63,751 bases of DNA, filler included, from Octopus bimaculoides (GCF_001194135.2; 5 parts of 5 records of this genome joined end to end with filler, not necessarily neighbours in it); one strand, 5' to 3'. Positions 1 through 12,721 are shown, counted from the first letter of the whole stretch. Notes: generated from the sequence alone by a model not told the origin. Program-made: numbers and translations.

Positions 1-1169
1 TATATATATATATATATTTCGTGTCTCAAACTCGGTTTGTGACTCAATAACAGTACATCACAAACTATCAAAAGGAACGTCACTGAATAGATAGAATATC
101 TGTTTGAATTTTCATAGATATTTTGCATGGAGTAAATCGTATTCCACCCATCCAAGAGCAGAAATAGTTTAGATGTCACCTTCACACAAAAATAAAACAG
201 GTACTCACCTTCTATACTGTGAAGGTAACGTTGACGATTTTCTCATACGGAAACCTAATTGAATTTGTGATATAAATGTCTCAAGGAAACTATAGATTTG
301 CAGTCTGAAGGAATAAATCGAGTTCCACCCAGATCGAACTTTTACAAAACAAAGTAAGAATCTATTGAAAGAGATTTTCTTGACAAGAAGTAACAGATAA
401 ATTTCTCTATTCAAGAGAAATATAAAACCTTGAGCAAAATTTTCATTAATGTTAGCTTTAAAATTTTCCCTAAAAAGATCTCTAGAAAGAAATCTAATTC
501 CCAGAGGAATGAAGTGTTTCATTTTTGAAACGGGCGATAGAACGAATATCGCAAATCACTTAAATAGAAAACTGAAAGACATTAGAAAAGATTCTGTCTT
601 AAAAGTGAGTTCCTAGAAATATTACTCAAAATGAAACATTCCAATGAAAAAATATCAGAAAGAATACCTAGACTGTACATATATCATAAACGAATTTTAA
701 TGTTTTCTTTATATTTGCTGGATTGACAGCTACAGAATTATATAAAATATGGCCAGTTTCCTAGGGAGATAGCTCAATATTTACTGTAAATGGCAAAAGG
801 TTTCATAGAATTGTAAATGAGTTGTTTGAAGGCCTCTGTTGTTCATGTGCAAGTATATAAGATAAATACTCTGGCGCCATAACCTTACACAATGAAGTAT
901 CAGCCATTGTTTAAATTAACATAAAAGTGTAAGATGTGATATCGGCCATAGATAAAATGAGTTAAATTCAGCAAATGACACTGACTGATTGTAAGTATGG
1001 CTAATGATTCGAATCACCTGTACCTAATTAAACAGTGGAGAGTTGTTAATTACTTTGGTGTTGTGGTTACTTAGGCCTTCAAACGAGGGCTTGTGTGTAT
1101 GCACGTATGTGCATTTACATAGGCTATATATGTAAATACAAGATTTTTATGGTTTACTTTCTATCGCAG

Positions 1170-1286
1170 GTACTTCTGTTTGTTTTAACAAATGCAATGG
1201 AACTGCTGGGTGTCGAGAAGTGAACGGACAACCTGTGTGTTTTTGTAATAGCGGTTACACTTTAATAAATAATTCCTCTTGTGTTG
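1170..1286 (+). CDS. EGF-repeat protein, internal exon 1 (non-calcium-binding EGF)
   Basis: ttctatcgcAG|...gttg|GTAAGT; 117 nt, phase 1/1; (G)TSVCFNKCNGTAGCREVNGQPVCFCNSGYTLINNSSCV with 6 Cys in EGF spacing. Confidence 0.88.
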
Positions 1287-1549
1287 GTAAGTAATTTTTC
1301 CTACAGAAGACACTGCATGGTATATGCTATATTCTACTGTTTGCTGCCCAAATCACATTTATGAGTATAATTTCAAAATATAGATACGCTATCATTAATT
1401 CCTGCAGCACTCCACGATGGTATCAATAATTGCCACCATTAATATTTCATTGTATTTCGGTATCAGAAATCTCTCTATATATATGTATTGAATATTATTA
1501 TTTTACAAATAATCGTTAAATTAAATGCACTATTCACTCTACATTTTAG

Positions 1550-1663
1550 ATACCGATGAATGTCTGAATAACCCTTGTGAAGGTACATGTATTAACCTAA
1601 ATGGCGCATTTGAATGTAGCTGTCCTCCCGGGAAAAAGGTGTTCGAATCAACTAAATGTGTTG
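1550..1663 (+). CDS. EGF-repeat protein, exon 2 (calcium-binding EGF)
   Basis: cattttAG|...gttg|GTAAGT; 114 nt, phase 1/1; DTDECLNNPCEGTCINLNGAFECSCPPGKKVFESTKCV, cbEGF signature D-x-D-E-C...C-x-N-x-x-G-x-F-x-C. Confidence 0.93.
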
Positions 1664-2093
1664 GTAAGTGTATTTCTGCTAAAATGATTACTTAATGGAA
1701 TGGATCGACTACACCACAATATACAATATTTATACTAAGTTGAGCTGTTAATTTCGTTGCTTCGTTATTTATATGCCAATATGTTCCAATCTTTCGCATC
1801 TTTCATTATATTCTCTCTATAATATATCTGCTACGTATTCCATGTTTTTATCATTACTACTCCTCATGAAATTTAACCTGTTGGGTGTCTATTCATATTT
1901 TCTTGATATTACTTTTGTTATTAAAAAATTTGTTTGCCTAAGAGAAAATAAAATCAAACATTTGTTTAAATTTAACTTTATTTAGTAGTCCAGAGTTATT
2001 CTGTAAATTATCAATTAATTAGAGTAACATTTCATATGTAGCTTATGATATATTTATATACTTTATATATATTTGTTATGCTTTTGTCGGTAG

Positions 2094-2348
2094 ATTGTGA
2101 TGAAGAACATTTTGGTGAGAAATGCGAAGGAGATTGTAACATGTGTAACGAGAAATCAACTGAAAGATGTGATAAAGTAAGTGGATGTATCTGCAATGAA
2201 GGTTGGAAAAATAAAACATGTGAAACTGATATTGACGAATGTCAAAATGCAAGTGTCTGCTCTGCAGATGAAATTTGTAAAAACCAGAATGGAACTTACG
2301 AATGCAAATGCCAATCAGGGTACAAAAAGGAAGAAAATAAGTGCATAG
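2094..2348 (+). CDS. EGF-repeat protein, exon 3 (8-Cys laminin/MEGF-type module plus cbEGF)
   Basis: gtcggtAG|...atag|GTTGGT; 255 nt, phase 1/1; DCDEEHFGEKCEGDCNMCNEKSTERCDKVSGCICNEGWKNKTCETDIDECQNASVCSADEICKNQNGTYECKCQSGYKKEENKCI; lies inside ORF 2045..2566. Confidence 0.93.
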
Positions 2349-2440
2349 GTTGGTATGAATTTTGGAATTTTATTGAAATTTATGTGTTCATTTGCTCCTT
2401 TCGATTGCTGCAAAGGTATTTATATTTCAACTCTTATAAG

Positions 2441-2582
2441 GGCAGCGAGTTGGTAGAATCATTACCACTCCAGGCGAAATGCTTAGCGGTATTTCGTCTG
2501 CCGTTACGTTCTGAGTTCAAATTCCGCCGCGGTCGACTTTGTCTTTCATCCTTTCGGGGTCGATAAATTAAATATCAGTTGA
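2441..2582 (+). mobile_element. SINE family B (tRNA-headed), 3'-truncated, in intron 3
   Basis: ggcagcgagttggtagaatc...gttctgagttcaaattccgcc (B-box-like)...ggggtcgataaattaa; matches copies at 19968-20204 and 60560-60775. Confidence 0.8.
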
Positions 2583-2599
2583 GCCAATAACAGAAATGA

Positions 2600-2667
<68 letters not shown>
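2600..2667. repeat. (ATT)n microsatellite
   Basis: direct; explains the poly-Leu ORF 2600..2854. Confidence 0.97.
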
Positions 2668-3792
2668 TGTGCGTGAGAGAAGTGCACGCCTTCAAAGTAT
2701 AATTGGGGTAAAATATATGAAACCCAGTATAGCCATCATGACTACACTTTTGACAAGGATAAACCAGGAGAATGCATCACAACAATGTGTGAACGACATA
2801 GTGATGTCATATCAAGATGGGCAGTGCATGACCTTGCAACTGGAGCCCAGTTAGAATCTTCTTGATGTCGAGAAGCCCACCCCGCTCAAAAGGTCATTGA
2901 ATAAGGGTTGTTTAAGGATGTTGAACGAAACACTCATGTTTCGAGAGGTGAATTATTCAAACTCCAAAGAATTCTACGATGCTTCCCCACTACTTCTGCT
3001 CGTGATAGGAGATGCACATATCCTTGCCCAATAATGGAGAAGCTCAACTGGTTGTGGACAAACAACTGACAAGCACATCTGTGGTATTGAACAGAATATT
3101 TGCTGTAGCCCATTTGTTATACCAAGACAAAACATTCACATGATAACACTTCCAACCAGTTAAGATCAGAAGTCATGAGAGCCCGTGCTTGGTACTGTAT
3201 CAGGGTATTTATCATTATTGTTATTGTTATATGTGTGGCTTTTGTTTTGTATTTGTACAAAGTTGACTCCAAGTCTCACCTAGGGACCTCAAGAGACAAC
3301 AGGTTAGAAGTTCAAGTTGGCGTTATGATTAGGGTGCCATATATTTGGCCTTGTGCAGAGTATTTTTCGAGAGAATGTCTGTCAAAATATAAGTAAATTA
3401 GAAGTTTATTTTAAAAGTAATTTGATTATAAGATGATAGTCTGATGTTAAGATGACAGTAAAAGGTATTTGTTATGTACATTTTAAAGTATTTTGACACT
3501 GTTTACGGATTAAAATATTTTCGGGATTACATAGGCAATATTTTACGTAGGATATGGGCAGTTCCCACGTGCACTATGTTTATTACACTCACTTGTCGAA
3601 ACCACTCAGCGTCCTAGGGCCAGTAAATGATAAGTAATGTTACAGTATGACTGAAAGCTTGTGGAGGGTAAGTGACAGGGGAAATATCTTCATGCAATGC
3701 AACACAGACATTTCAGTTGATAGGGCTTTTCTAAGGATGCGGATGTTATCTACATGTTTTTGACATCTCTTTTTTATCATACATAGTGCACC

Positions 3793-3826
<34 letters not shown>

Positions 3827-3828
3827 GT

Positions 3829-3860
<32 letters not shown>

Positions 3861-4462
3861 TATATTATATTTTCCCCTTCATTGATATATAATACCAGAG
3901 AAAGATCAAAAACTGGTCTATATATACCCTGTGTCTATTTTTCAATGCGATGTCTAAAATAGACGCAAATTTCTGACCACGTTTTAAGCTATCTATTAGT
4001 TTATAAATGTAAGTCAAAATCAAAATAAGAATTCCCTTACGTGTTGTGTAAAATGTCATTACTAAATTGCGAGCGTCTTGTTTCGTTCAAAAGAAAAACC
4101 CGTATCCGGCTGGAAAATTCTTTCCAAAATTCTGCACATAAAGAACTTGTAACGATTTCATTTTGGAATAATCTGTTTAATCCAAAACTAGATGTAACAT
4201 TAAGAAAGAAATTTTTTAAGGTGTTGGATTTTGTTTAGTATAACACAAGAAGTTATGCTGTCTGTATTGCATTCAAATGAAATCTATCAAGTGACGCAGT
4301 GCGAAGAAGGAAAATACTGTTAATAAATCAAGTGCCCACAACTTACATTTTTTTAGGAGTAAAAATGTTGTAAGGGTTTGTTTCAATCATTGATATGTTT
4401 TGCCATACTGCCTTTTCGCTATATTACCAATTAAGTTTATCAATTGAAAACATTTTTTACAG

Positions 4463-4582
4463 ATATTGATGAATGCCAGGAAACATCTAATATTTCATGC
4501 CCACAAGACTGCGTAAACTATGCGGGTGGCTATGAGTGCAAATGTCGAAGTGGCTATAAAGAGAATGGAAATACCTGTGAAG
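4463..4582 (+). CDS. EGF-repeat protein, exon 4 (cbEGF)
   Basis: ttttttacAG|...gaag|GTAAGA; 120 nt, phase 1/1; DIDECQETSNISCPQDCVNYAGGYECKCRSGYKENGNTCE. Confidence 0.93.
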
Positions 4583-5323
4583 GTAAGACAGACTACTATA
4601 TAGCGCCCCAACTAGTGTTCTAAACAATAATTTTTGTAAAAATTATGTCTTGTAGAATGTTTGCCGCTGGCTGCGAAATTTCAGTTTTCCAGTAATCAAA
4701 ATTTCTGTTTGAATAGCTAGAGATATTACAGATAAACTACCAAGTCTAACAAGATGGTAGACATCAGATGAGATACTTGGGGTCCACTTTTTCCTATTCA
4801 ACAAAATAATCTCTTTCAGCATTATAATTATGTTAAATCTGTTTATAGAATTTGCTTATACATATTGTTTCTGCAAATACATTTAGTATGCTATATCACA
4901 TGTGGAACATAGACTTTGCAATAAAAACGAAACAAACAAATTATAAATGATTATCAGAAAATATGTTCGTATGAAAACTCCCAGCAAATGTATGTAACGT
5001 GTGGATGTGTAATGCTAATGTGTTACACTTTCTCAGAAAAAATGTGAATATTAAAGAAAGAGTTGACTAAGATAGAACCTATCTGGGACAAGGCTACGAT
5101 AAATGGAAACATCGCATATACCAGCTTACCTTAGCATGGAATATTGTGTACTAAATGTGATGAAGGGGATTATTATCTCCATGATGAATTTCTGAGCAGA
5201 GAAATGTTTTACATGAAAGACATTAAATTTAATAGTAAGCCCGTATTTGGAAATATATTTAACATCTGTTGCCTATAAACATTTCATTATTTACCTATAT
5301 AACATGTTGAAATATTTATTCAG

Positions 5324-5455
5324 ATATAGACGAATGTGCAAGCAAGGTTGATGGCTGCAAACATATATGTGTAAACACGGACGGATCATTTCAATGCGAA
5401 TGCTTCTCTGGTTACAAGTTGGATACAGACCGCAAGAATTGCACCAATGAGAAAG
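5324..5455 (+). CDS. EGF-repeat protein, exon 5 (cbEGF)
   Basis: tttattcAG|...aaag|GTACTG; 132 nt, phase 1/1; DIDECASKVDGCKHICVNTDGSFQCECFSGYKLDTDRKNCTNEK. Confidence 0.92.
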
Positions 5456-5662
5456 GTACTGGAATTTAGTTAAATATTTTGAAATTAATTAGATATAAAT
5501 AAAACTTTAGTTAATAATATGAATTATTAACGAAGCTTTAGCTGCTAAATGATGAATAGATTGTCGTTAATGCAGACCTCCAGCATGGAGTTTGTCCTAC
5601 GACTGAAACCACTAAAAGAATTAAAAAATCTCTATTCCTCCATACATACATACATACATACA

Positions 5663-5696
<34 letters not shown>

Positions 5697-5789
5697 CATA
5701 CATATGTACATTGGTAGTCACTCATAGTCTAAGAAAGAAGGTACTAAAATTTCTTGTTGAACGACATACACAAACCACGAGCATATAAT

Positions 5790-6000
5790 GATAAAATATT
5801 AGTGCTGTACAAACTACTGGGCCTTCCGTCAAATCGACGTTGCCTGAACAAATGCACATTGTACTAGATGCCAAGCATCGAAAGGTCTCAGAACTACGCG
5901 GGATGAAGTATTTTGCCGATAAACATAGCACAGCACCAAGTCCGGGAATAGAAACCACAATCTAGTGATCGTGTGTGTAAGATAATAACCACTAGGTCCT
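5790..6000 (-). mobile_element. degenerate SINE family C (CORE-type)
   Basis: minus strand ggacctagtggtt...gtggtttctattcccggac...ggcaaaatacttcat resembles the head and core of 19416-19905. Confidence 0.55.
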
Positions 6001-6945
6001 ATATATTTATCATCCATGCTTTAGGTGATTTTATAGTCTCGAGAAAATGTGCATACCATCTCACTTCTCACTCAACGGCTATCAAAGATGTGAGAGCTGG
6101 AGGAAGAAAGAGCTGCAGTAGCTGCCGGAAAGCATCTGTTTATGCCTGAGTTGAGTGGAACAATCAGAAATGGCGTGCATTGCTCAAGTAGACAGCGCGA
6201 CACCCAGTCTAGAAATTCTCGTTATTATAATCGTGAGTCTGTCACCTTAATTGTTCAGTGAATTGTTGGTACAATCTACAAGGTCATTTTTGAAAGCGAA
6301 CGATGACTAAGCTTCGATATATATATATTACATGTTAATCTTTATATCATATACATCTTCTTTTAAGTTAGTATTAAGCCTTATATGTAACACTAATGTA
6401 TCCTTGAAAAAGAAACAAATTTGGAGTCAATTGGTGCTTAGAGTAGTCTACTAGATCACGGTTAGATACTATTTCTCTCATACGTGATATTACCTATAAT
6501 TTCCTAGAGTGGACTACTTCAAAATTACGTGATATCAGACATGAGTAGTGAAGTCGATGGATCCACTATTAACAAATTTATTTTATTAGAGTGCCCAGTG
6601 AGAAATTGCCCGAAATGACTGTGTTGCATATAAAGTAATGAACGATGACTTTTTCTTGCAACACTGTCAGTGATTTAGGAAATAGTGTATTATAATATTT
6701 CACACACTATAACATAGTCAGGTAAGTAGAATCTCTATGCTCTCTAACTGTAACTATATAGAAAAGAAGACAAATACTGGATAGATTTTTCATTCCACCA
6801 TTATATTCTGTATTACCAACACAGTGAAATATAGAGGTGACTGGTACGATGTATCATTTGCAACAGTACTTTATTTTCATTCCTCGAATTACTGAGTTTC
6901 ACCGGTTTAACACCCGTTTCATGCAAATATTATTGAGCCTGTTAC

Positions 6946-7152
6946 TGTATGTATGTATGTATGTATGTATGTATGCGTGTATGTGTGTATGTATGTATGT
7001 ATGTGTGTGTATGTGTGTGTGTATGTATGTATGTGTGTATGTATCTATGTATGTATGTATGTGTGTATGTATGTATGTATGTGTGTGTATGTGTGTATGT
7101 ATGCATGTGTGTATGTATGTATGAATGTATGTATGTATGTATGTATGTATGT
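6946..7152. repeat. (TATG)n/(TG)n compound microsatellite abutting the 3' end of an RLE retrotransposon
   Basis: direct. Confidence 0.97.
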
Positions 7153-8285
7153 CTTGTAATTTTTAATTATTATAGATCCTCTACTGAAGAGGGAGCTGGT
7201 TTCCAACAAAGATACAAGGCTCCGTTTTTAGGGACGTATTTAACATTGACAAATTTACATTTGGAACTCGAAAAAGTCCTGCATATTTTTACTGTTTAAC
7301 TCACAGATTGGATTTGTAATGTGCGAATCAGCCGGTCAATTTCTCTTTCTGAAAATCCCAGTTTATCCAGATTCCCCTTTAAGCATTTACTAACAAAACT
7401 TAGTGCTCCAATTATTATTATTATTATTGGTATGACTATGAATTCATAGTCTGGATATAGAAGCTGGAAGTTTCGAAGCAGTTGTCCATAGCTATTCTTT
7501 TTTTCTTTCATTTTCAAAGCGACATTTATATCTGCAAGGCAGCTAAACTCTATGATGGTATATACCTTTGCCTCTGTGTCCCAAACAACAATATCCAGCC
7601 TGTTATGCTTACATTTGACAGACGTTTTGATGGGAATATTCCACCAGTATTCCTTGAGTTGGTGTTTATGAATATATTCCATAACAGGGGGATTTTCTAA
7701 GAAGGATCTTCAGGATAGTCTCTTTTGCAGATGGCATTGTAAATCGTTTTAGCAACAACATCGGGCTCCAAAGGGAAGTAGTACTGTGGCGACATTTTAG
7801 GACAGCTGCTAATCACATGCGTAATGTCTTCTACATATACATGACATAGCCTACACATGCGGTTGCAACCTGTGATTAGACTACACATGCGGTTGCACCT
7901 TGGGATTATTAGAGCGTCACTGTCTCGCTTGTTCACCAGGTACTTTGTAGTAATTTTCTGTTCCTGGATAGCCTTCAAAGTGTGATGTGATGTAGTGGTT
8001 TGTGTCTTAAAGAGGCTGCGCTTCGTGTCAATTCTGTCCTCTTCAACCTTCTGGGCATAATCCTTCTTTTGCATGATGAGTGCTTTCCATCCAAGTCTTC
8101 TATGAGGTAAGACAGCCCAGTTTTTTTGGGGGATTGTATAGGAAATCATCTGGAAGAGAATGTTTCTTGAGGAGTCGCTGCCAACTCGTACAATGTTGCT
8201 CACGTCACTTTTCAGGACTGCATTAATATATTTATTTTTGCTGCTGTTGTTTAGCAGGTACTGCCTGAGTGACACCATACGGCAT
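7153..8285 (-). mobile_element. R4/Dong-like RLE non-LTR retrotransposon, 5'-truncated (copy 1), frameshifted
   Basis: ORFs 7697..8278 and 7296..7682: CCHC knuckle CRLCHVYVEDITHVISSC, then KHNRLDIVVWD...IIEF...EKKNSY...IIIGAL (PD-D/ExK restriction-like endonuclease, R4-clade pattern); short 3' UTR. Confidence 0.88.
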
Positions 8286-8610
8286 CAACAGAATATTCTT
8301 GCATGTATATATATGTGAAATATTTGGAGTCAGTGCATGTGCAGCTATGTATGTTTTGTTTTATGTATATATTCTCATTGATATAGTTGCATGTCTAGAC
8401 ATGCGCATATATACTTAAATGATAAATTTCTGGAAAGTCTTACACATTTTTACAGTTCCAGTTATCGCTTGGATCTGTAGTCTTCACATCAGCTTTCATC
8501 TTTCTGGTTTTCAGAAGCTTGATTTCTCAAGATTTGTACTTAGGTAGTGTGTTACATAATTAAGTGCCAAATAATTACTAGTCTTAATAATACTAAAACT
8601 TTAGCAGATG
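8286..8610 (-). mobile_element. R4/Dong-like element, ORF end plus 3' UTR fragment (copy 3)
   Basis: minus strand aatcttgagaaa...ctacagatccaa...actggaactgtaaaaat...tttatcatttaa...gcatgtctagacatgc is colinear with 28415-28640. Confidence 0.82.
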
Positions 8611-9530
8611 TTTGTTCCCGAAATATCTCAGAATTAGTATATTCTATCTTAATTGTTTTTTTTTACATATATATTTTCATACTTACTTTATGCAGTGCAG
8701 TATGAGGTTTCGTGATATTTGGACCTCTATTTATTAATGGAAGCAATAAAACAATTTTCGTTTGTTATTTCTAGACAACAAAAACATGCCTTCTGTAACG
8801 TCAACGCAGATACACATATGCAGAATACACTCACATATAATGAATATTATGGCGTGTGAAACAAGACAAACACGCGCACGTTATCTGTGACATATACACA
8901 AACATAGTCCTCCCGCGCTTTCTGTATCACTCTCTAAGAAAAAAAAAAAACAGCGACTTTCACCCCTTCCTTTCTCATTCATATGTTGTGACGGAGAAAA
9001 TACAAGAGTATTATTTTAGCAGAAAGAATGTTTCTATTTTCTCTTTTGTTAAACAGAATATTTTAATCCTTTAGAAATATTTTCAAGTGAATGTGATTTC
9101 AAAAATGTAAGTTGCTTGCACAGTAAATATTCATATTTTAGGTTTCTTGAAACAGATAATATTTTAATGTTTTTAAAATTATTTTCAAGTGAATAACATT
9201 ACAAAAACTTTTTGAGATGTTTAAAAAATATTTTAAAGTGAAAATGACTTTGAAAATACGGTAAATATTTCGTAAAAGACTCGTTCCTAATCTCGGTGTG
9301 AAATATGTATGTGTGTGTTTGTGTGTGTATATGTATGTATGTGTGTGTATATGTATGTATGTATGTGGGTGTATATGAGTATATACACACACAACCAAAC
9401 TCCCCGTATATATACATACATACATATATANNNNNNNNNNNNNNNNNNNNNNNNNNNNNNNNNNNNNNNNNNNNTTAATTAATTAANNNNNNNNNNNNNN
9501 NNNNNNNNNNNNNNNNNNNNNNNNNNNNNN

Positions 9531-9567
<37 letters not shown>

Positions 9568-9743
9568 ATATATATACATACATACATACATATACATGCC
9601 TGTCTTCTGAATTTCATCCCGGACACATCTATGATTTCTCATTGGTAATGGTATTGTTCGCAGGAGTTTTGTAATGGGCCGTGTTCGTTACCTGAACTGC
9701 TTTGACCGTAGCTATAAATAAACTACATAAAGAATTTAATAGG

Positions 9744-9905
9744 TGGTGAGCTGGCTGAATCGTCTGTACGTTGGACAAAATGTTCGGCGGCATTTCTTCC
9801 GGCTTTACGTTCTGAGTTAAATGCAACCGAGGTCGACTTTGCTTTCCACTTTTTGGGTCGATAAAATAAATACTAGTCAAGCAATTTGGGTCGATGAAAT
9901 CGCCA
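9744..9905 (+). mobile_element. SINE family B
   Basis: ggtggtgagctggctgaatcg...ttacgttctgagttaaatgc...gaggtcgactttgc...gggtcgataaaataa. Confidence 0.75.
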
Positions 9906-10642
9906 TGCAATTTCCCCTAATCGCCATGCAATCTCTTCTAAACTTCTAGCCGTCTTCCAAAATTTGAAACCATTTAATAGGGTCTTGGGACTTTGGGCTT
10001 ACGTCTTTTGCTTTAGGCTCGACCATGCCTTTCACTTTTATTTCGTGGGAGCGATAAAATAAATACCAGTCTAACGTTTGGTTTGATGCAATCAACTTGC
10101 ACCCTTCCCTAAAACTGCTGACCCTCTGCCAAAATTTGAACCCATTTTAGGTCAAGGGACTTTTGGACTTGGTTTTGTATTGAAGGTGGAAGGAGATCCC
10201 GGACAAAATAGTTTCAGTGACCCGCCTAGCTGTTTCTGATTGAACAGAAGCGAAGCACATGTCCTGCTAGGTATTGCTATCATATAATAAATTGAACTGC
10301 TCAGGTCAATTGACTTGAAACACCGTAAAGGTCGTGGTGTTGAGAATCATTGCATATTATGTGGAAATATATCAGGTAGTCGCGCTGAGGCAGCGGTCGG
10401 ATGTTGCAGCTAATCTACCGCGTACATATGTTACGTGTTTCATATATCAACGTTCATCTGCAGAGAGGTGCCAGATGTAAATTGAAACGAACTTCTTGAA
10501 ATAGCTTTGTGAAATATTAGAGGGCAGTAAATGTAATTTATATTATTACTATTATAGGTTTTAAGAGGTGTTGTTGGATAAAGTAGAGGGTCTTATGTGT
10601 ATGCGTGCGTGTATGTGTGTGTGTGTATAAATATATAATATA

Positions 10643-10692
<50 letters not shown>

Positions 10693-11672
10693 GTATATAT
10701 ACATAGCTGCATATATATATAATATGCATATATGTATATGTGTATCTATGTATGTATGTATGTGTGTGTATATATATATATATATACACGCACACATATA
10801 CACACACACTCACACCCACCCACGCATATGCATGTTTGTATGTATATATGTACGTATGCATGTATGCAACCTTTGTGGAATCCGGCAACGACAAGCTTAG
10901 CTTTCAATAAATGAATAAACTCTACAATATGTATTAAATACCTTTTTTTCTAATGATTTTTAATTCAAACGTACGTGTATATGCGCGCGTGTTTGTTTAT
11001 GCGTGTGTATATACTTGTGTATGTGTATGTGTGCATTTGTGTATGCATATATGTGTCTATATGCAAGCAGTTTTACATATAAATATACTGAAGAACAACG
11101 CCCTCTCTACCCACAGATATTAAAATATATACCTAATTAAAATTACACTTGACAAATTAATTAATCTTTCCTACGTCTACTGCACTCATCAGTCTGGAAG
11201 AGAAACGGAATATTAAACAAATGGCTGCTATATATAGTAGTGAAGGCCATCGTAAATTTTATGCGATATGACGAAACGGGTGGCGTTTTCAGTAGATCGA
11301 CGGAAATATACTATAAATAGCAAACATGTGATAAGTATTAATATTTCTTTCCCCACCCGTGGGTACTAGACATAACAAACAATAATTAACTTTCATTAAT
11401 TTTCATTAGGCTTTTGTCTCAATGTTTACTAGTATACGTTGTGGTGTTTCACAGTAAATAAATAACTGGAGAAATAAATATTTGAATAACTCTATAGAAA
11501 TTATATTGACTGCAATATTGAGCAGTCACACGAAAAGTTTCGATAATTTGCATATACTGAAAGGTATAGCATTGTAAAAATTACAAGTCAATTACTGTAG
11601 TATGTATGTATGTATGTATGTATGTATGTATGTATGTATGTATGTATGTATGCATGTTTGTTTGTATGTATG

Positions 11673-12408
11673 TATACACGGTGGGTGAAAAGTAAATAGG
11701 CATTAAAAACTGGTAACAAAATCCATATTGCTTTTACATATTTATTGAAACAAATGATACATGTTCTTTATGACATGGAAAAATGAAAATAATCTTCATA
11801 TTTCAACGTAAGCACCGGTGACTTCAACCAGTTTCCTCAAACGGCCAGGGATGGAATGAACAACCTTCTGAAGGACGTCGTCTGGGATATCATTGAAAAG
11901 CTCCCTAATCCGTGTCTCCAAGTCCTCCAGTGTGCGAGCTTTTGTCTTGTGCACTTCTTTTGTGTAACCCCACAGGTAAAAATCGCATGGAGTGAGATCT
12001 GGACTTCTTGGAGTTCTGTACGTAATGGGGTTTCCACGGACGAAAATTCAATTCTTTATGCAATACCGTACGTATTGTGTCTTATTAGTCCACTTTCACG
12101 ACCTGCTTCACGTGTTGATTTTTGCGGGCTGCGATTAAACATTTCCTGCACTGTTGCCACGTTCTCGGGAAGTGGTTGGGCGGCCACTACTTCTTGCATC
12201 GTTCACAGAGCCTGTGGTCATCAGCTTTGCATGACAACTTATTTTTTAATGTCTCCGGACGTAGTATTGCATGCATACCTTTCTATGCACGCCACCATCT
12301 CTGAACGAAAACAATGAAATTCCACTCTTCATAGCGTGCTGGTATTTTAGCTCGCTCCTGAATAGTTAAGCAACCGGTCAGCTGGAAAATAAGAAATAAG
12401 AAAGAAGA
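11673..12408 (-). mobile_element. Tc1/mariner transposon relic (rosa/maT-like), internally deleted; 5' end runs into a gap
   Basis: minus strand translation with frameshifts: TIQERAKI...RSSGRPTTSRE..VQEMFNRSPQKSTRE...LHKELNFRPWKPHYVQ joined directly to PRSPDLTPCDFYLWGY...LEDLETRIRE...GAYVEI*; terminus TA|cacggtgggtgaaaagt next to a (TATG)n tract. Confidence 0.85.
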
Positions 12409-12679
12409 NNNNNNNNNNNNNNNNNNNNNNNNNNNNNNNNNNNNNNNNNNNNNNNNNNNNNNNNNNNNNNNNNNNNNNNNNNNNNNNNNNNNNNNNNNNN
12501 NNNNNNNNNNNNNNNNNNNNNNNNNNNNNNNNNNNNNNNNNNNNNNNNNNNNNNNNNNNNNNNNNNNNNNNNNNNNNNNNNNNNNNNNNNNNNNNNNNNN
12601 NNNNNNNNNNNNNNNNNNNNNNNNNNNNNNNNNNNNNNNNNNNNNNNNNNNNNNNNNNNNNNNNNNNNNNNNNNNNNNN

Positions 12680-12718
<39 letters not shown>

Positions 12719-12721
12719 ATT

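Noticed and set aside
5139-5277. CTKCDEGDYYL furin-like peptide in intron 4
   Set aside because: Only one short motif, no matching phase-1 splice sites, and it ends in a stop.
6508-6721. Possible next EGF-gene exon (ttcctAG...AG|GTAAGT; SEA-like guess)
   Set aside because: Six stop codons in the required phase-1 frame and no convincing domain similarity.
9475-9486. TTAATTAATTAA palindrome inside N runs (also 31669, 44482, 56582)
   Set aside because: Always 44 N + 12 nt + 44 N = 100 bp, with stop codons in all six frames: an artificial assembly spacer.
11165-11195. Minus-strand CUGAUGA...GAAA
   Set aside because: The intervening sequence does not form stem II and there is no NUH/stem I.
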